Assembly: GCA_963762075.1 (NCBI GenBank)
Contig: CAVXJC010000006.1
Coordinates: 33,788 to 97,787, forward strand
From: an uncultured Actinomycetes bacterium
GTDB lineage: Bacteria > Actinomycetota > UBA4738 > HRBIN12
DNA: 64,000 bases
Direction of reading: 5' to 3'
Part shown: positions 27,297 through 35,774 of the stretch, in pieces
Position numbering within the stretch: position 1 is the first letter of the stretch
Layout: every line of letters starts with the position of its first letter
Notes under the pieces: model-generated
The model's input: the letters and a program-made list of their open reading frames with translations, nothing else
Databases searched by the model: none
Told to the model about the DNA's origin: nothing
Position numbers and translations under genes: made by a program

Positions 27297-28430
27297 TCAT
27301 CGACAGACGGGCGCCGCGGCGCGGTAGAGGGCGTCGAGCGGCACCGGATAGGGGTGGACGATCTCGTGGGAGGGCTTCTCCGAGAGCGCCTCCGACAGCA
27401 GCCGTGCCTCGAGCTCCTGAGCGCCCTCGAGGAGATCGCTCGAGCGATCCGGGAATGCGAACCGGAACCATTGGTACGCATCGAGGAGCTTGCGTCGTTC
27501 GTACGTCAGCGACGCAACCATGCGCCGTGCGATCAGCTCCGGATCGGCGGGAAGCACTGCAACGCCGTCGCCGCCCACCGTTGCCAGGAAGACGTGATCG
27601 AGAGCGACGTTGTCGTGACGGACTGCTTCGCCGAACAGGTCCTCGGGCGACACCCGGACCTGCCCGAGCAATGAGACGCCGCCTTCAAGACTGAGCTGAT
27701 GGAGCGCGCTCGCGATGACGCCGCGCGGAGTCCGTCCATCGGCGAGGGAGTTGTACACCCGTCGATACCAGCGAAGCAGGAGCAGCCGCTGGCGAGCGCT
27801 CCGCGACACCCCGCTCCAGTATCTCGGCAGGGATCGGAGATGCCAGTCCCAGACATGGACGACGCCGCCGAGGCCGAGGAGTTCGCCTCCATCTGCCCGC
27901 ACGATCGTCCACTCGTTCGCGACGTAGGCGGCGCCCTCGGCCATGAAGGCGAGAAGCATCTCGGTCTTCCCGCCCTTCTCCCACCCGGCGACCAGGACCC
28001 CCTTGCCTTCATAGACGAAGGCGGAGGAATGAAGGAGCACATATCCTCTTCGCAGGAGACGCATCGCGATTATGGGCGTGAGCAGCGGGAGCGAGGTGAC
28101 GCCGCGCTCACAGACGATCTCGCAGCGGTCCCCGAGCACCTCGAGGTCGATCCGGATCCGGTGACCGACCGGATCCAGCAGGTAGAAATGCTCGTCGTCG
28201 TAAGCCGCATCGTTCGAACCCAGGAACCGTAGGCGACCCTCTGTCGGGAGGGAGTCGGTGAATCGGATTGAGATATCGGGCTCGGCTCCCGTCTCGCCGG
28301 TCGAAGGTCCGAGGCGACGGCGTAGCTGCCTCCGCATGGCGCGAGGAGCGGGCCGCATGCTGATCTTCACGAGCCCGTGCACGTTGTGGACCAGCGTGCC
28401 GTGTGGGGGTCGGAAAGGCTGATGCGTCAT
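27297..28430 (-). CDS. HPr-kinase/phosphorylase C-domain-like P-loop kinase (HprK-related kinase)
   Basis: Start at MTHQPF. LLHSSAFVYEGKGVLVAGWEKGGKTEMLLAFMAEGAAYVANEWTIV matches the HprK Walker-A region (GxxGxGKSE). Start ATG overlaps the TGA of the IS C-terminal fragment (ATGA). Confidence 0.6.
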   Translation of the reverse strand: MTHQPFRPPHGTLVHNVHGLVKISMRPAPRAMRRQLRRRLGPSTGETGAEPDISIRFTDSLPTEGRLRFLGSNDAAYDDEHFYLLDPVGHRIRIDLEVLGDRCEIVCERGVTSLPLLTPIIAMRLLRRGYVLLHSSAFVYEGKGVLVAGWEKGGKTEMLLAFMAEGAAYVANEWTIVRADGGELLGLGGVVHVWDWHLRSLPRYWSGVSRSARQRLLLLRWYRRVYNSLADGRTPRGVIASALHQLSLEGGVSLLGQVRVSPEDLFGEAVRHDNVALDHVFLATVGGDGVAVLPADPELIARRMVASLTYERRKLLDAYQWFRFAFPDRSSDLLEGAQELEARLLSEALSEKPSHEIVHPYPVPLDALYRAAAPVCR

Positions 28431-28830
28431 GCCGCGGCCCCGTGGTACTCGCTTATCAGCCCGCCCAGCACCTTCTGACGTCTGGTCCGCCCCATCGGAA
28501 CGGGGATCGGGAAGACGCCCACCGTGTCCCGCGGGGCCAGATCGATCCCACGGTGCGCTCGGTGCGCGTCGTAATGGCGCTCGCAGACCTGAAGCAACCT
28601 GAGCAGGTGTCTTCGCCCTAACATGACCAACTTCCGTGGGTAGGCCGCCGGGCGAAGGCGGCGAGGAGCATCCGGTCACAACGACGAAGCTTAGGCCGAC
28701 CGGCGTTTCGCTTCATCACCGCCAGCTGATGGCGAAGCACAAGGATCTCGGCCTCACGCTCGCGAGCATCGCCCTCAGGCGGGACGTGAAGGACAAGACG
28801 AAGGATGAGGTAGAGAACCGCGAGAAGCAC
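28427..28830 (-). mobile_element. IS transposase relic with internal deletion (N-terminal 70 aa and C-terminal 67 aa fragments in different frames; DDE core missing)
   Basis: N fragment MLLAVLYLILRLVLHV...EILVLRHQLAVMKRNAGRPKLRRCDRMLLAAFARR. C fragment LLRLLQVCERHYDAHRAHRGIDLAP...RRQKVLGGLISEYHGAAA. Both are hallmark ends of an actinobacterial rve-type transposase family. The fragments are juxtaposed near 28618-28630. Confidence 0.55.
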
Positions 28831-29314
28831 CGCGCGATGCTACTTCGTCGCACCTCCAGATAGCGAATCGGGAGTTTGCCACCCCTACAGTCGACGCGGA
28901 CGGCACCACCCGCGAAGTCACCCGCGACCACGACCTCATCCGCAGGGGGTGACAGCACCGCCGGAGGTGACTCAAGATGGAAATCGGGAGCCCGGCAGGA
29001 TATTTGCCTGTTTCTAGCCTCAACGGCAGCGTGAGGAGGGGAGCCGATCTGAGCCAGCCGACCATCCGACGGGCGGAGGCACACGATCCGAAGCGAGAAC
29101 ATCGCACCAAGAGCCATCGTTCGCGTGGACTTCTTGGCGTGGAGGACGGGTGTCCCCGGATCGATATCCAACGCCGCGGATCTCACCATCGAAGCCGGGA
29201 CAGTCTCGACCCGCGTCAGCGACGATGGATAGACTCGAGGCATGGAGGAGTTCAGCGTGACCGTCGGCTGAGCGGTCCCATGCTCCGTCATTTCCCCCGA
29301 CTCGAAACCCCCCG

Positions 29315-30977
29315 ATGACCGACCGCCGCATCGATGAGCCGTCGATCTTTCCGTTCTTCGTGGGCGCCGGTCGTTCGGGTACCACGCTCGTGCGTGCGAT
29401 CTTCGACGCTCATCCGGACATGGCCGTGCCGGATGAGTCCAATTTCGTGCCGGTCCTGGCGCGCCTGCGCGGCCGGTACGAGGGATCCGACAGCTTCGCC
29501 GCTCCGCTTCTCCTGGACGATCTCCTCGAGCAGAGACGATTTCGACGGTGGCGGCTCTCGAGGGACGAGGTCCAGATGGCGTTCGACGACGCCCCGCCCG
29601 CGGACTACGCGGAGGCAGTCCGGCTGTTGTTCGCGCTCTACGCGCAGCGCCACGGGAAGACTCGCTACGGCGACAAGACACCGAGCTACGTGCTGCACAT
29701 CCCTCTCCTCGCCGACCTGTTTCCGGAGTCTCGATTCGTCCACGTCATCAGGGACGGGCGCGACGTTGCGCTATCGCTCCTCGATGTGGACTTCGGTCCG
29801 AGAAGCGTCGGGGCGGCGGCACAGCTGTGGAAGGCGCACGTAACGGCTGGGCGCGATGCCGGGCGTCGACTGGGTGCTGGCCGGTATCGAGAGGTTCGCT
29901 ACGAGGATCTCCTGGACGACCCCGAGACCGCGGTCAAGTCGATCTGCATGTTCATCGACCTGCCCTTCGAGCCCGAGATGCTTCGATACTTCGAACGGGC
30001 CGCGAACATCACATCGCCGAGCGCGTGGAGTCGTCGGCACATCGTCCTTCCCCCGACGAAGGGCCTACGCGACTGGAGACGCCAGATGCCGAAGAAGGAG
30101 GTCGCCCTCTTCGAGGAGCTCGCCGGCGATCTCCTGATGGAGGTCGGCTACGAGAGAGAGATGGGTGCACCCCCGGCCTCGGTGCGATTGAGGGCACGTA
30201 CCGCCGAATGGAGCAGGCGCATGCGGCGCCTGGCTCTGAAGTCGAGAAGGTCGCGAAAGGGAGGCGCGCGGGCGAAGAAGCCAGGGCCTCCGTCTTTCCT
30301 CCTCCTCAACTCGCCGCATGACCGCCAGGAGGTGATGTCCTTTCTCATCGCCAAGGAGGCGGCGAACGAACCGGATGTGGCGGCATTTCGAGAGCGCAGC
30401 CTAGGAAATCAGCTTCTCACGCTCGGTGAGGTCGCGACCTGGATGTCGAAGCAAGACATGGTTGATGGAGAGGGGCCACGAGCGGACATCCTTGAGTACA
30501 TGGGTACGGATCCTTGGCCGCTGCGGCACCCAGCTACGGAGGGGGGAGTGCTCGACGCCCTGCGCTCGCTGAGCTTGAGGCTCGCACGCATCTACGGGTG
30601 GCAGCCCTTTCAGGCAAGCACGTTCGTTCTCACCGGCTTCCCGCCCTTGATCGCAGCGATTCGATCGCAGGCCGTCGGCGGGATTCCCTTGAGCTCCACG
30701 ACCCGGATCGTGCTGGACGTCGACCCGGCCGCGACTCCGCGCGACGTGATGCAGCAGTACAGTCGCGTTCGGGACCGCCTCACCGCTGCGAGATCTCAAG
30801 CCCGTCAGCGAGAAGGACCTCAAGCTCGCGGAGTTCGTCGCGGTGCGTTCCACCATGGATCGGCACCACTTGATCGGGTTGTGGAACGATCAGTACCCGG
30901 ACTGGGTGTATGACGATCCAGACGCGTTTCACCACGACGCAGTGCTCGCGCGTCGACGAATATTGGATCCTTGGTAG
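29315..30977 (+). CDS. sulfotransferase-family protein with about 240-aa uncharacterized C-terminal domain (frameshift near 30790 in the tail)
   Basis: 5'-PSB-like motif FFVGAGRSGTTLV and 3'-PB-like RDGRDVALS. After about residue 490 the listed frame turns Arg-rich. The +1 frame reads RDLKPVSEKDLKLAEFVAVRSTMDRHHLIGLWNDQYPDWVYDDPDAFHHDAVLARRRILDPW, ending in a stop at 30975..30977. Confidence 0.65.
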
Positions 30978-31083
30978 CACCACGGATCCGGAATCCCGCT
31001 CAGTGCAATGCTGGGCAGCTTCGCAGCGCTCACGAAGCAAGGAGCCCCGGCCGCTTCCTCCTGTCACCTCTCGCGCGGCAGCC

Positions 31084-31778
31084 TCTAGGGACCGATCTGC
31101 ACGGTGATCTCGTCCAGATCGCCATGGAAGACGTCGTCGGTCGTTGTCTTCGCGCCCACCATGGCCCCAGCGCTGTTGTCGATGGTCCCGGCGATCGCCG
31201 TCTTCTCTGAACTGGCGCCCGTCCACCACCGCGATCACCTGGGTGGGCGTCTTGATGCATTGCAGCCGGTGAGCCGCGCCGTCCATGATGTCGGGCTTGG
31301 CGGTCTTCGAGACCGAGGCGACGTCTCCTCTGAAGGTGCACTTCAGCTTTCCTACGGCACCAAGTCTCTTGAAGTTCTTGATTTCCATTTTCCAATCGCC
31401 GCCGGCCGATGAGCCGAGACCCTTTCGCACGACGTCGTAGCTGTCGTCTTGGATCGGCCCCACGAGCCTGACCCAGGCTGTGACGGTGATGTCCTGGTCG
31501 AAGGGATCGAGGCTGTCGTTATCGGTGGGAACCGTGACGTTGGAGTCGATCCCGTTGAAGCCATATGCCGTGCCGGACGCGATCCCTGGTTTGCCGAGCG
31601 TCACCGTTGAGCTGATCTGGCCGTGGTTTCCGTGACCCGATGTGTCCGTCATGGTCGAGCCGGAGGTCTCGTCCATGTGCCACTCTGCCCGCAGATCCGC
31701 CAGCGCTCCCGTCGCGGTCGCGACAACGAACAGCACAAGCGGAATGCCCAGTCCAAGTGTCCGCTTGAGACTACGCAC
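31084..31778 (-). pseudogene. secreted LamG-like (concanavalin-A-like lectin/glucanase, PF13385-like) domain protein, frameshifted near 31205
   Basis: GTG start with an AGGGAGG RBS. Signal peptide VRSLKRTLGLGIPLVLFVVATATGALA. LamG_3-like body through ...VIAVVDGRQF. The native C-terminus ...SSEKTAIAGTIDNSAGAMVGAKTTTDDVFHGDLDEITVQIGP plus stop is in another frame. The listed frame runs into Arg-rich junk. Confidence 0.55.
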
Positions 31779-32000
31779 GCTCGCCTCCCTGAGGTCGCGG
31801 GGGTTGTGGAGGACCCCGAAGATGTACGTCCGCTTGCGGCGGGACGTGCCACAAGCCTGGCGACCAACTCTACGAATCCAAGACCGACTGATCAACCTCG
31901 TTACTCGTTAGCGTCGTCGTTTCCATCCGGCTGATGTTCGGATCCGCGAGAAGGGAAGCTATCGTATGACTCGCGATCGTTGGAATCGGCCGGTGTCCAT

Positions 32001-33137
32001 CTACATCTCCCGCAGGGACTGGGCGAGCCGGTCGACATCGGCTTCGTCGTTGAACGCGTGCAAGGAGATCCTGAGTCCATCTCCTCGACTCCCGCACACG
32101 ATCCGGTGATCGGATGCGAGGCGTGCGGCCGTGATGTCAGGGCGGTGTCGTGCGTGCCGCAACGACACGATGTGGGGCGAAGCTCCCGGATCGCCGAGTT
32201 GCCGGAACGGGCGCCAGCCGAGCCCTTCTACCTGGGCGACGAGTCGCGCCGCCAGGTTCGTGGCGTGTTGCCGGATGCGGCCGAAGCCGGCCGACGACAA
32301 GATCGCGATGGACGACTCGAGTCCGACCACGGACGCGTACGACATCGTCGAGAGCTCGAAGCGCCGTGCGTCGTTGGCCAGTCTGAGCGTTCGAGCGTCG
32401 AACGCGAAGGGGTTGTTCGTCCCCTTCCAGCCGACCAGCTGAGGGAGACGATCGCAGAAGTGTGGAGCGACCGCGAGTAGTGCCACGCCGCCGTGGCTCG
32501 ACAGCCATTTGTAGCCGCTCGTGACCACTGCGTCCGCACCCCATCGCTTCATATCGACAGGGCTAGCTCCGGCGATCTGCGTCGCGTCGACCACCACACG
32601 AGCGCCGGCCTCATGAGCCCGCGCCGCTACGCGCCCGACCTCGATCTGAGAGCCGGTCGCGTACTGAACGGCGCCGAACGTGACCACTGACGTCGTCAGA
32701 TCGATCGCGTCCTCGAGATCGTGCGTGAGGTCTCGATCCGCGCGATCCTCGACGAAGCGGAGCTCGATCTCACGACGCTCGGCGGCCGCCAGCCACGGGT
32801 AGGTCACGCTAGGGAAATCCGTTGACACCAAGACGACGGTCCCGCGATCCGCTTCGAGCAGCGACGCGATCTGACCGAGGCCTTCACTCGCACTCCCGAC
32901 GACGGCGACGGCATCGGGGGTGGTCCCGAGCAGCTCGGCCCCGGCCGAGCGGACGCTATCGAGGGTCTCGGCCTCCTGTTGATCGCTGAGGTAGAGGTTC
33001 CCGTGCTGAGCCGTCCGCTCCATGAAGGCGTGCATCGCCTCGACGGCCGGGATCGGTACCAGGCCTAGGGCGGCCTGGTTGAGATACGTACATCGCTCGA
33101 GGGCGGCGTAGAAGTCGCGAGGGACGAGTGAGGACAT
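32001..33137 (-). CDS. aminotransferase class V-fold PLP-dependent enzyme (cysteine desulfurase / isopenicillin-N epimerase-like)
   Basis: Start at MSSLVPRDFYAAL with a GGGAGG RBS. SGYKWLSSHGGVALL carries the PLP lysine. Confidence 0.75.
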   Translation of the reverse strand: MSSLVPRDFYAALERCTYLNQAALGLVPIPAVEAMHAFMERTAQHGNLYLSDQQEAETLDSVRSAGAELLGTTPDAVAVVGSASEGLGQIASLLEADRGTVVLVSTDFPSVTYPWLAAAERREIELRFVEDRADRDLTHDLEDAIDLTTSVVTFGAVQYATGSQIEVGRVAARAHEAGARVVVDATQIAGASPVDMKRWGADAVVTSGYKWLSSHGGVALLAVAPHFCDRLPQLVGWKGTNNPFAFDARTLRLANDARRFELSTMSYASVVGLESSIAILSSAGFGRIRQHATNLAARLVAQVEGLGWRPFRQLGDPGASPHIVSLRHARHRPDITAARLASDHRIVCGSRGDGLRISLHAFNDEADVDRLAQSLREM

Positions 33138-33486
33138 GGACGCACCTCCCGAGTGGGACCAACGAGCCCAAGCGTAGACGCCCATGTACCAAGGCGAGCG
33201 ACCTGATCAACGTTCGTAGCCCGAACAGTGTGAAACGGGAGCGGGGTGGGCGTCGTCCGCGAAGTCACCGACCGAAAGCACCGGTCGCACGCCTCCATGA
33301 CCGGTTCGCGCCGAGGTCTGCGTCACCTCGGAGGCCCCGTGGGAGCAGTCCAGGGTCGTGGCCGCGCGGCGCTGACGGTCGATGAGCTGTCGTTGATACG
33401 CGAGAGCCCGGTCAGGCATCGCTTGGGTCGTTCCGCGAGCACGCCTGGTCCGTCCGCGGAGACTGAGCCAGTAGGTGCGTTCAGTC

Positions 33487-33548
33487 GGTTGATGGTTGGT
33501 CGGTGGTGGTGGTTCCTTCGTTCGTTCGTTGGTCGGTCGGTCGGTGGG
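33487..33548. repeat. microsatellite-like short tandem repeats ((GGT)n, (TTCG)3, (GGTC)3) immediately 3' of tRNA-Tyr
   Basis: ggttgatggttggtcggtggtggtggttccttcgttcgttcgttggtcggtcggtcggtggg seen directly in sequence, within a 400-bp non-coding stretch. Confidence 0.6.
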
Positions 33549-33626
33549 AGGAGGAGGATTCGAACCTCCGTAGGCATCGCCGGCGACTTTACAGGCCGCT
33601 CCCTTTGGCCACTCGGGCATCCTCCC
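33545..33626 (-). tRNA. tRNA-Tyr (anticodon GTA), type II with long variable arm
   Basis: Reverse complement folds as GGGAGGA acceptor. D-arm matches E. coli tRNA-Tyr. Anticodon stem GCGGC/GTCGC with loop CTGTAAA. Variable arm CGGCGATGCCTAC. T-arm GGAGGTTCGAATCCTCC. Discriminator A. Confidence 0.85.
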
Positions 33627-33720
33627 GTGGTGCGCCCCCGAGGATAGCGGAACCGTCTTTCCGTTCCGCACCGGCTTCCACGACCCAGCGTGCCCACCTC
33701 GTCGGCGGTATCCTTCGCCC

Positions 33721-34218
33721 ATGGCGAAAGACCAGTTCTCCTTCGACATCGTGAGCGAGGTCGACATGCAGGAGGTCCGCAACGCGGTCGATCAGACGGG
33801 CCGCGAGCTCTCACAGCGCTTCGACTTCAAGGGCACCGAGACATCCATCAAACTCGGTGACGACTCGATCGAGCTGCACTCGGCCACCGAGGACCGCCTC
33901 AAGGCGGCATGGCAGGTACTGCAGGAGCGGGCCGTGAAGCGCAGCATCCCTCTCAAGGCCCTGCAGGCCGGCGCGATCGAAGACGCGGCCAAGGGCACCG
34001 CCCGCCAGAGGGTCACGATCGTCACGGGCATCAGCGACGAGAAGACCAAGGAGATCTCGAAGTTCGTTCGGCAGGCGGTGCCGAAGATCCAGACCCAGAT
34101 CCAGGGAACCCAGGTGCGGGTGCTCGGCAAGAGCAAGGACGACCTGCAGGCGGCGATCCGCGCCGTGAAGGAACACGACTTCGGTCTCGCCCTGCAATTC
34201 ACGAACTACCGCCCTTAG
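33721..34218 (+). CDS. yajQ: YajQ-family cyclic-di-GMP-binding protein (UPF0234)
   Basis: MAKDQFSFDIVSEVDMQEVRNAVDQ... canonical YajQ N-terminus. 165 aa. Confidence 0.85.
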   Translation: MAKDQFSFDIVSEVDMQEVRNAVDQTGRELSQRFDFKGTETSIKLGDDSIELHSATEDRLKAAWQVLQERAVKRSIPLKALQAGAIEDAAKGTARQRVTIVTGISDEKTKEISKFVRQAVPKIQTQIQGTQVRVLGKSKDDLQAAIRAVKEHDFGLALQFTNYRP

Positions 34219-34302
34219 CTGACCGCGGCTGCGGTTCTGGCCCGCGCATTGCGTGCGTGGCCGGGCCGCGGGTACCCTTTCCCGACTCAGGAGGTGGGAA
34301 GC

Positions 34303-35685
34303 GTGGATCTCGATCGACTCAAGGCACGCGCGGCGGAGATCGCCGACAGGGAAACGAAGGATTGGCTGGCGCGAACGCGGGCGTCGGAGAGGCTCTTCCA
34401 GCGCGCGATCAAGTCACTGCCGAACGGCGTGGTGTCGAACTTCCAGGCAGGCGATCCGTACCCGGTGTATCTCGCTCACGGCAAGGGCTCCACGGTGACC
34501 GACGTCGACGGCAACGACTACGTCGACTTCCACGGCGGGTTCGGCGTGAACGTGGTCGGGCACGCGCACCCGAAGATCGTGGAGGCCATCAAGAAGGCGG
34601 CCGACGACGCCATCCACTTCGCAGTCACGACGGAGACCACGGTCGCGCTCGCCGAGGAGATCTGCGAGCGGTTCCAGGTCGATCAGATGCGGTTCGTGAA
34701 CTCGGGCACAGAGGCGACGATGGACGCCATCAGGGTCGCCCGCGCAGCGACCGGTCGCGACAAGATCATCAAGATGGAGGGCTCGTACCACGGCCACCAC
34801 GACTCGGTGCTGTTCTCGGTGGTGCCCGAGGCCGACGTGCTCGACCTGCGACACAACGTCGACCATAGCGGCAAGCCTTGGTACACGACGCAGCCGACCA
34901 GCAAGGGAGTGCCGGCAGCGCTGTGGGACACCACGATCGTCACGCCTTTCAACGACGCATCGGCGGTCGACGCGGCGTTTACCGACAACCCTGACGAGAT
35001 CGCTGCCGTCATCCTCGAGCCGGTGATGATGAATATCGGCATCGTGGTGCCTGCCGATGGGTATCTGCAGGCCCTGAAAGACACGTGTGAGAAGCACGGG
35101 GCCGTGTTGATCTTCGACGAGGTCAAATGCGGAGGCACGATCGCCTACGGAGGCGCCGCGGAGCGGTTCGGCGTCGTGCCGCACCTCGCCGCGTGGGCCA
35201 AGGCGATCGGCGGCGGTGCGACGACAGGAGCCTTCGGAGGAGACGCCTCCATCATGGAGTTCGTCACGAAGGGCGCGGCGCAACAAGGCACGTTCAACGG
35301 CAACCCGCTCTCGTCGGCGGTCGGCCTCGCCGCGCTCACCCAGGTGCTCACCCGCGATGCATACGACCACCTCGGCAAGCTCGGCACGATGCTGGCCGAG
35401 GGGTGCAACCGGGCGATCGCCGACGGCGGCATACCGGCGCACACGGTCGATCTCGGCGCGAAGGGCTGCGTCTCCTACCGCGACGAGCCGCTCACGAACT
35501 ATCGCGACTTCCTCGAGACGATCCCGGAGATCTACTGGGCGTCGTATCCGTTCATGGTGAACCGGGGCATCTTCATGACCCCCGGCGACGAGGAGCAGTG
35601 GACGATCTCGGTGCAGCACACCGAGGACGACATCAGCAAGTACGTCGACGCGTTCGGCGAGTTCTGCCAGGAGCTGACCGCGTAG
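34303..35685 (+). CDS. class III aminotransferase, glutamate-1-semialdehyde 2,1-aminomutase-like
   Basis: GTG start 8 nt after an AGGAGG RBS. FDEVKCGG... and WAKAIGGGATTGAFGG carry the PLP-Lys motif, as in the HemL family. Confidence 0.75.
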   Translation: MDLDRLKARAAEIADRETKDWLARTRASERLFQRAIKSLPNGVVSNFQAGDPYPVYLAHGKGSTVTDVDGNDYVDFHGGFGVNVVGHAHPKIVEAIKKAADDAIHFAVTTETTVALAEEICERFQVDQMRFVNSGTEATMDAIRVARAATGRDKIIKMEGSYHGHHDSVLFSVVPEADVLDLRHNVDHSGKPWYTTQPTSKGVPAALWDTTIVTPFNDASAVDAAFTDNPDEIAAVILEPVMMNIGIVVPADGYLQALKDTCEKHGAVLIFDEVKCGGTIAYGGAAERFGVVPHLAAWAKAIGGGATTGAFGGDASIMEFVTKGAAQQGTFNGNPLSSAVGLAALTQVLTRDAYDHLGKLGTMLAEGCNRAIADGGIPAHTVDLGAKGCVSYRDEPLTNYRDFLETIPEIYWASYPFMVNRGIFMTPGDEEQWTISVQHTEDDISKYVDAFGEFCQELTA

Positions 35686-35774
35686 CTGTCCTTGCGGTGA
35701 CGAGCGTCAAGCACGAAGGGGCCGGCCTCCGCGCCGGCCCCTCCGTGTTTCCTCGGGGAGGGTGGCAGATCGAC

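Noticed and set aside
28863-29314. Small ORFs in the low-GC spacer between the IS relic and the sulfotransferase, searched as possible RiPP precursor peptides
   Set aside because: Only Arg/Pro-rich or very short (9-56 aa) reading frames with no RBS and no leader/core features I could recognise. Left as a region to scan with dedicated tools.
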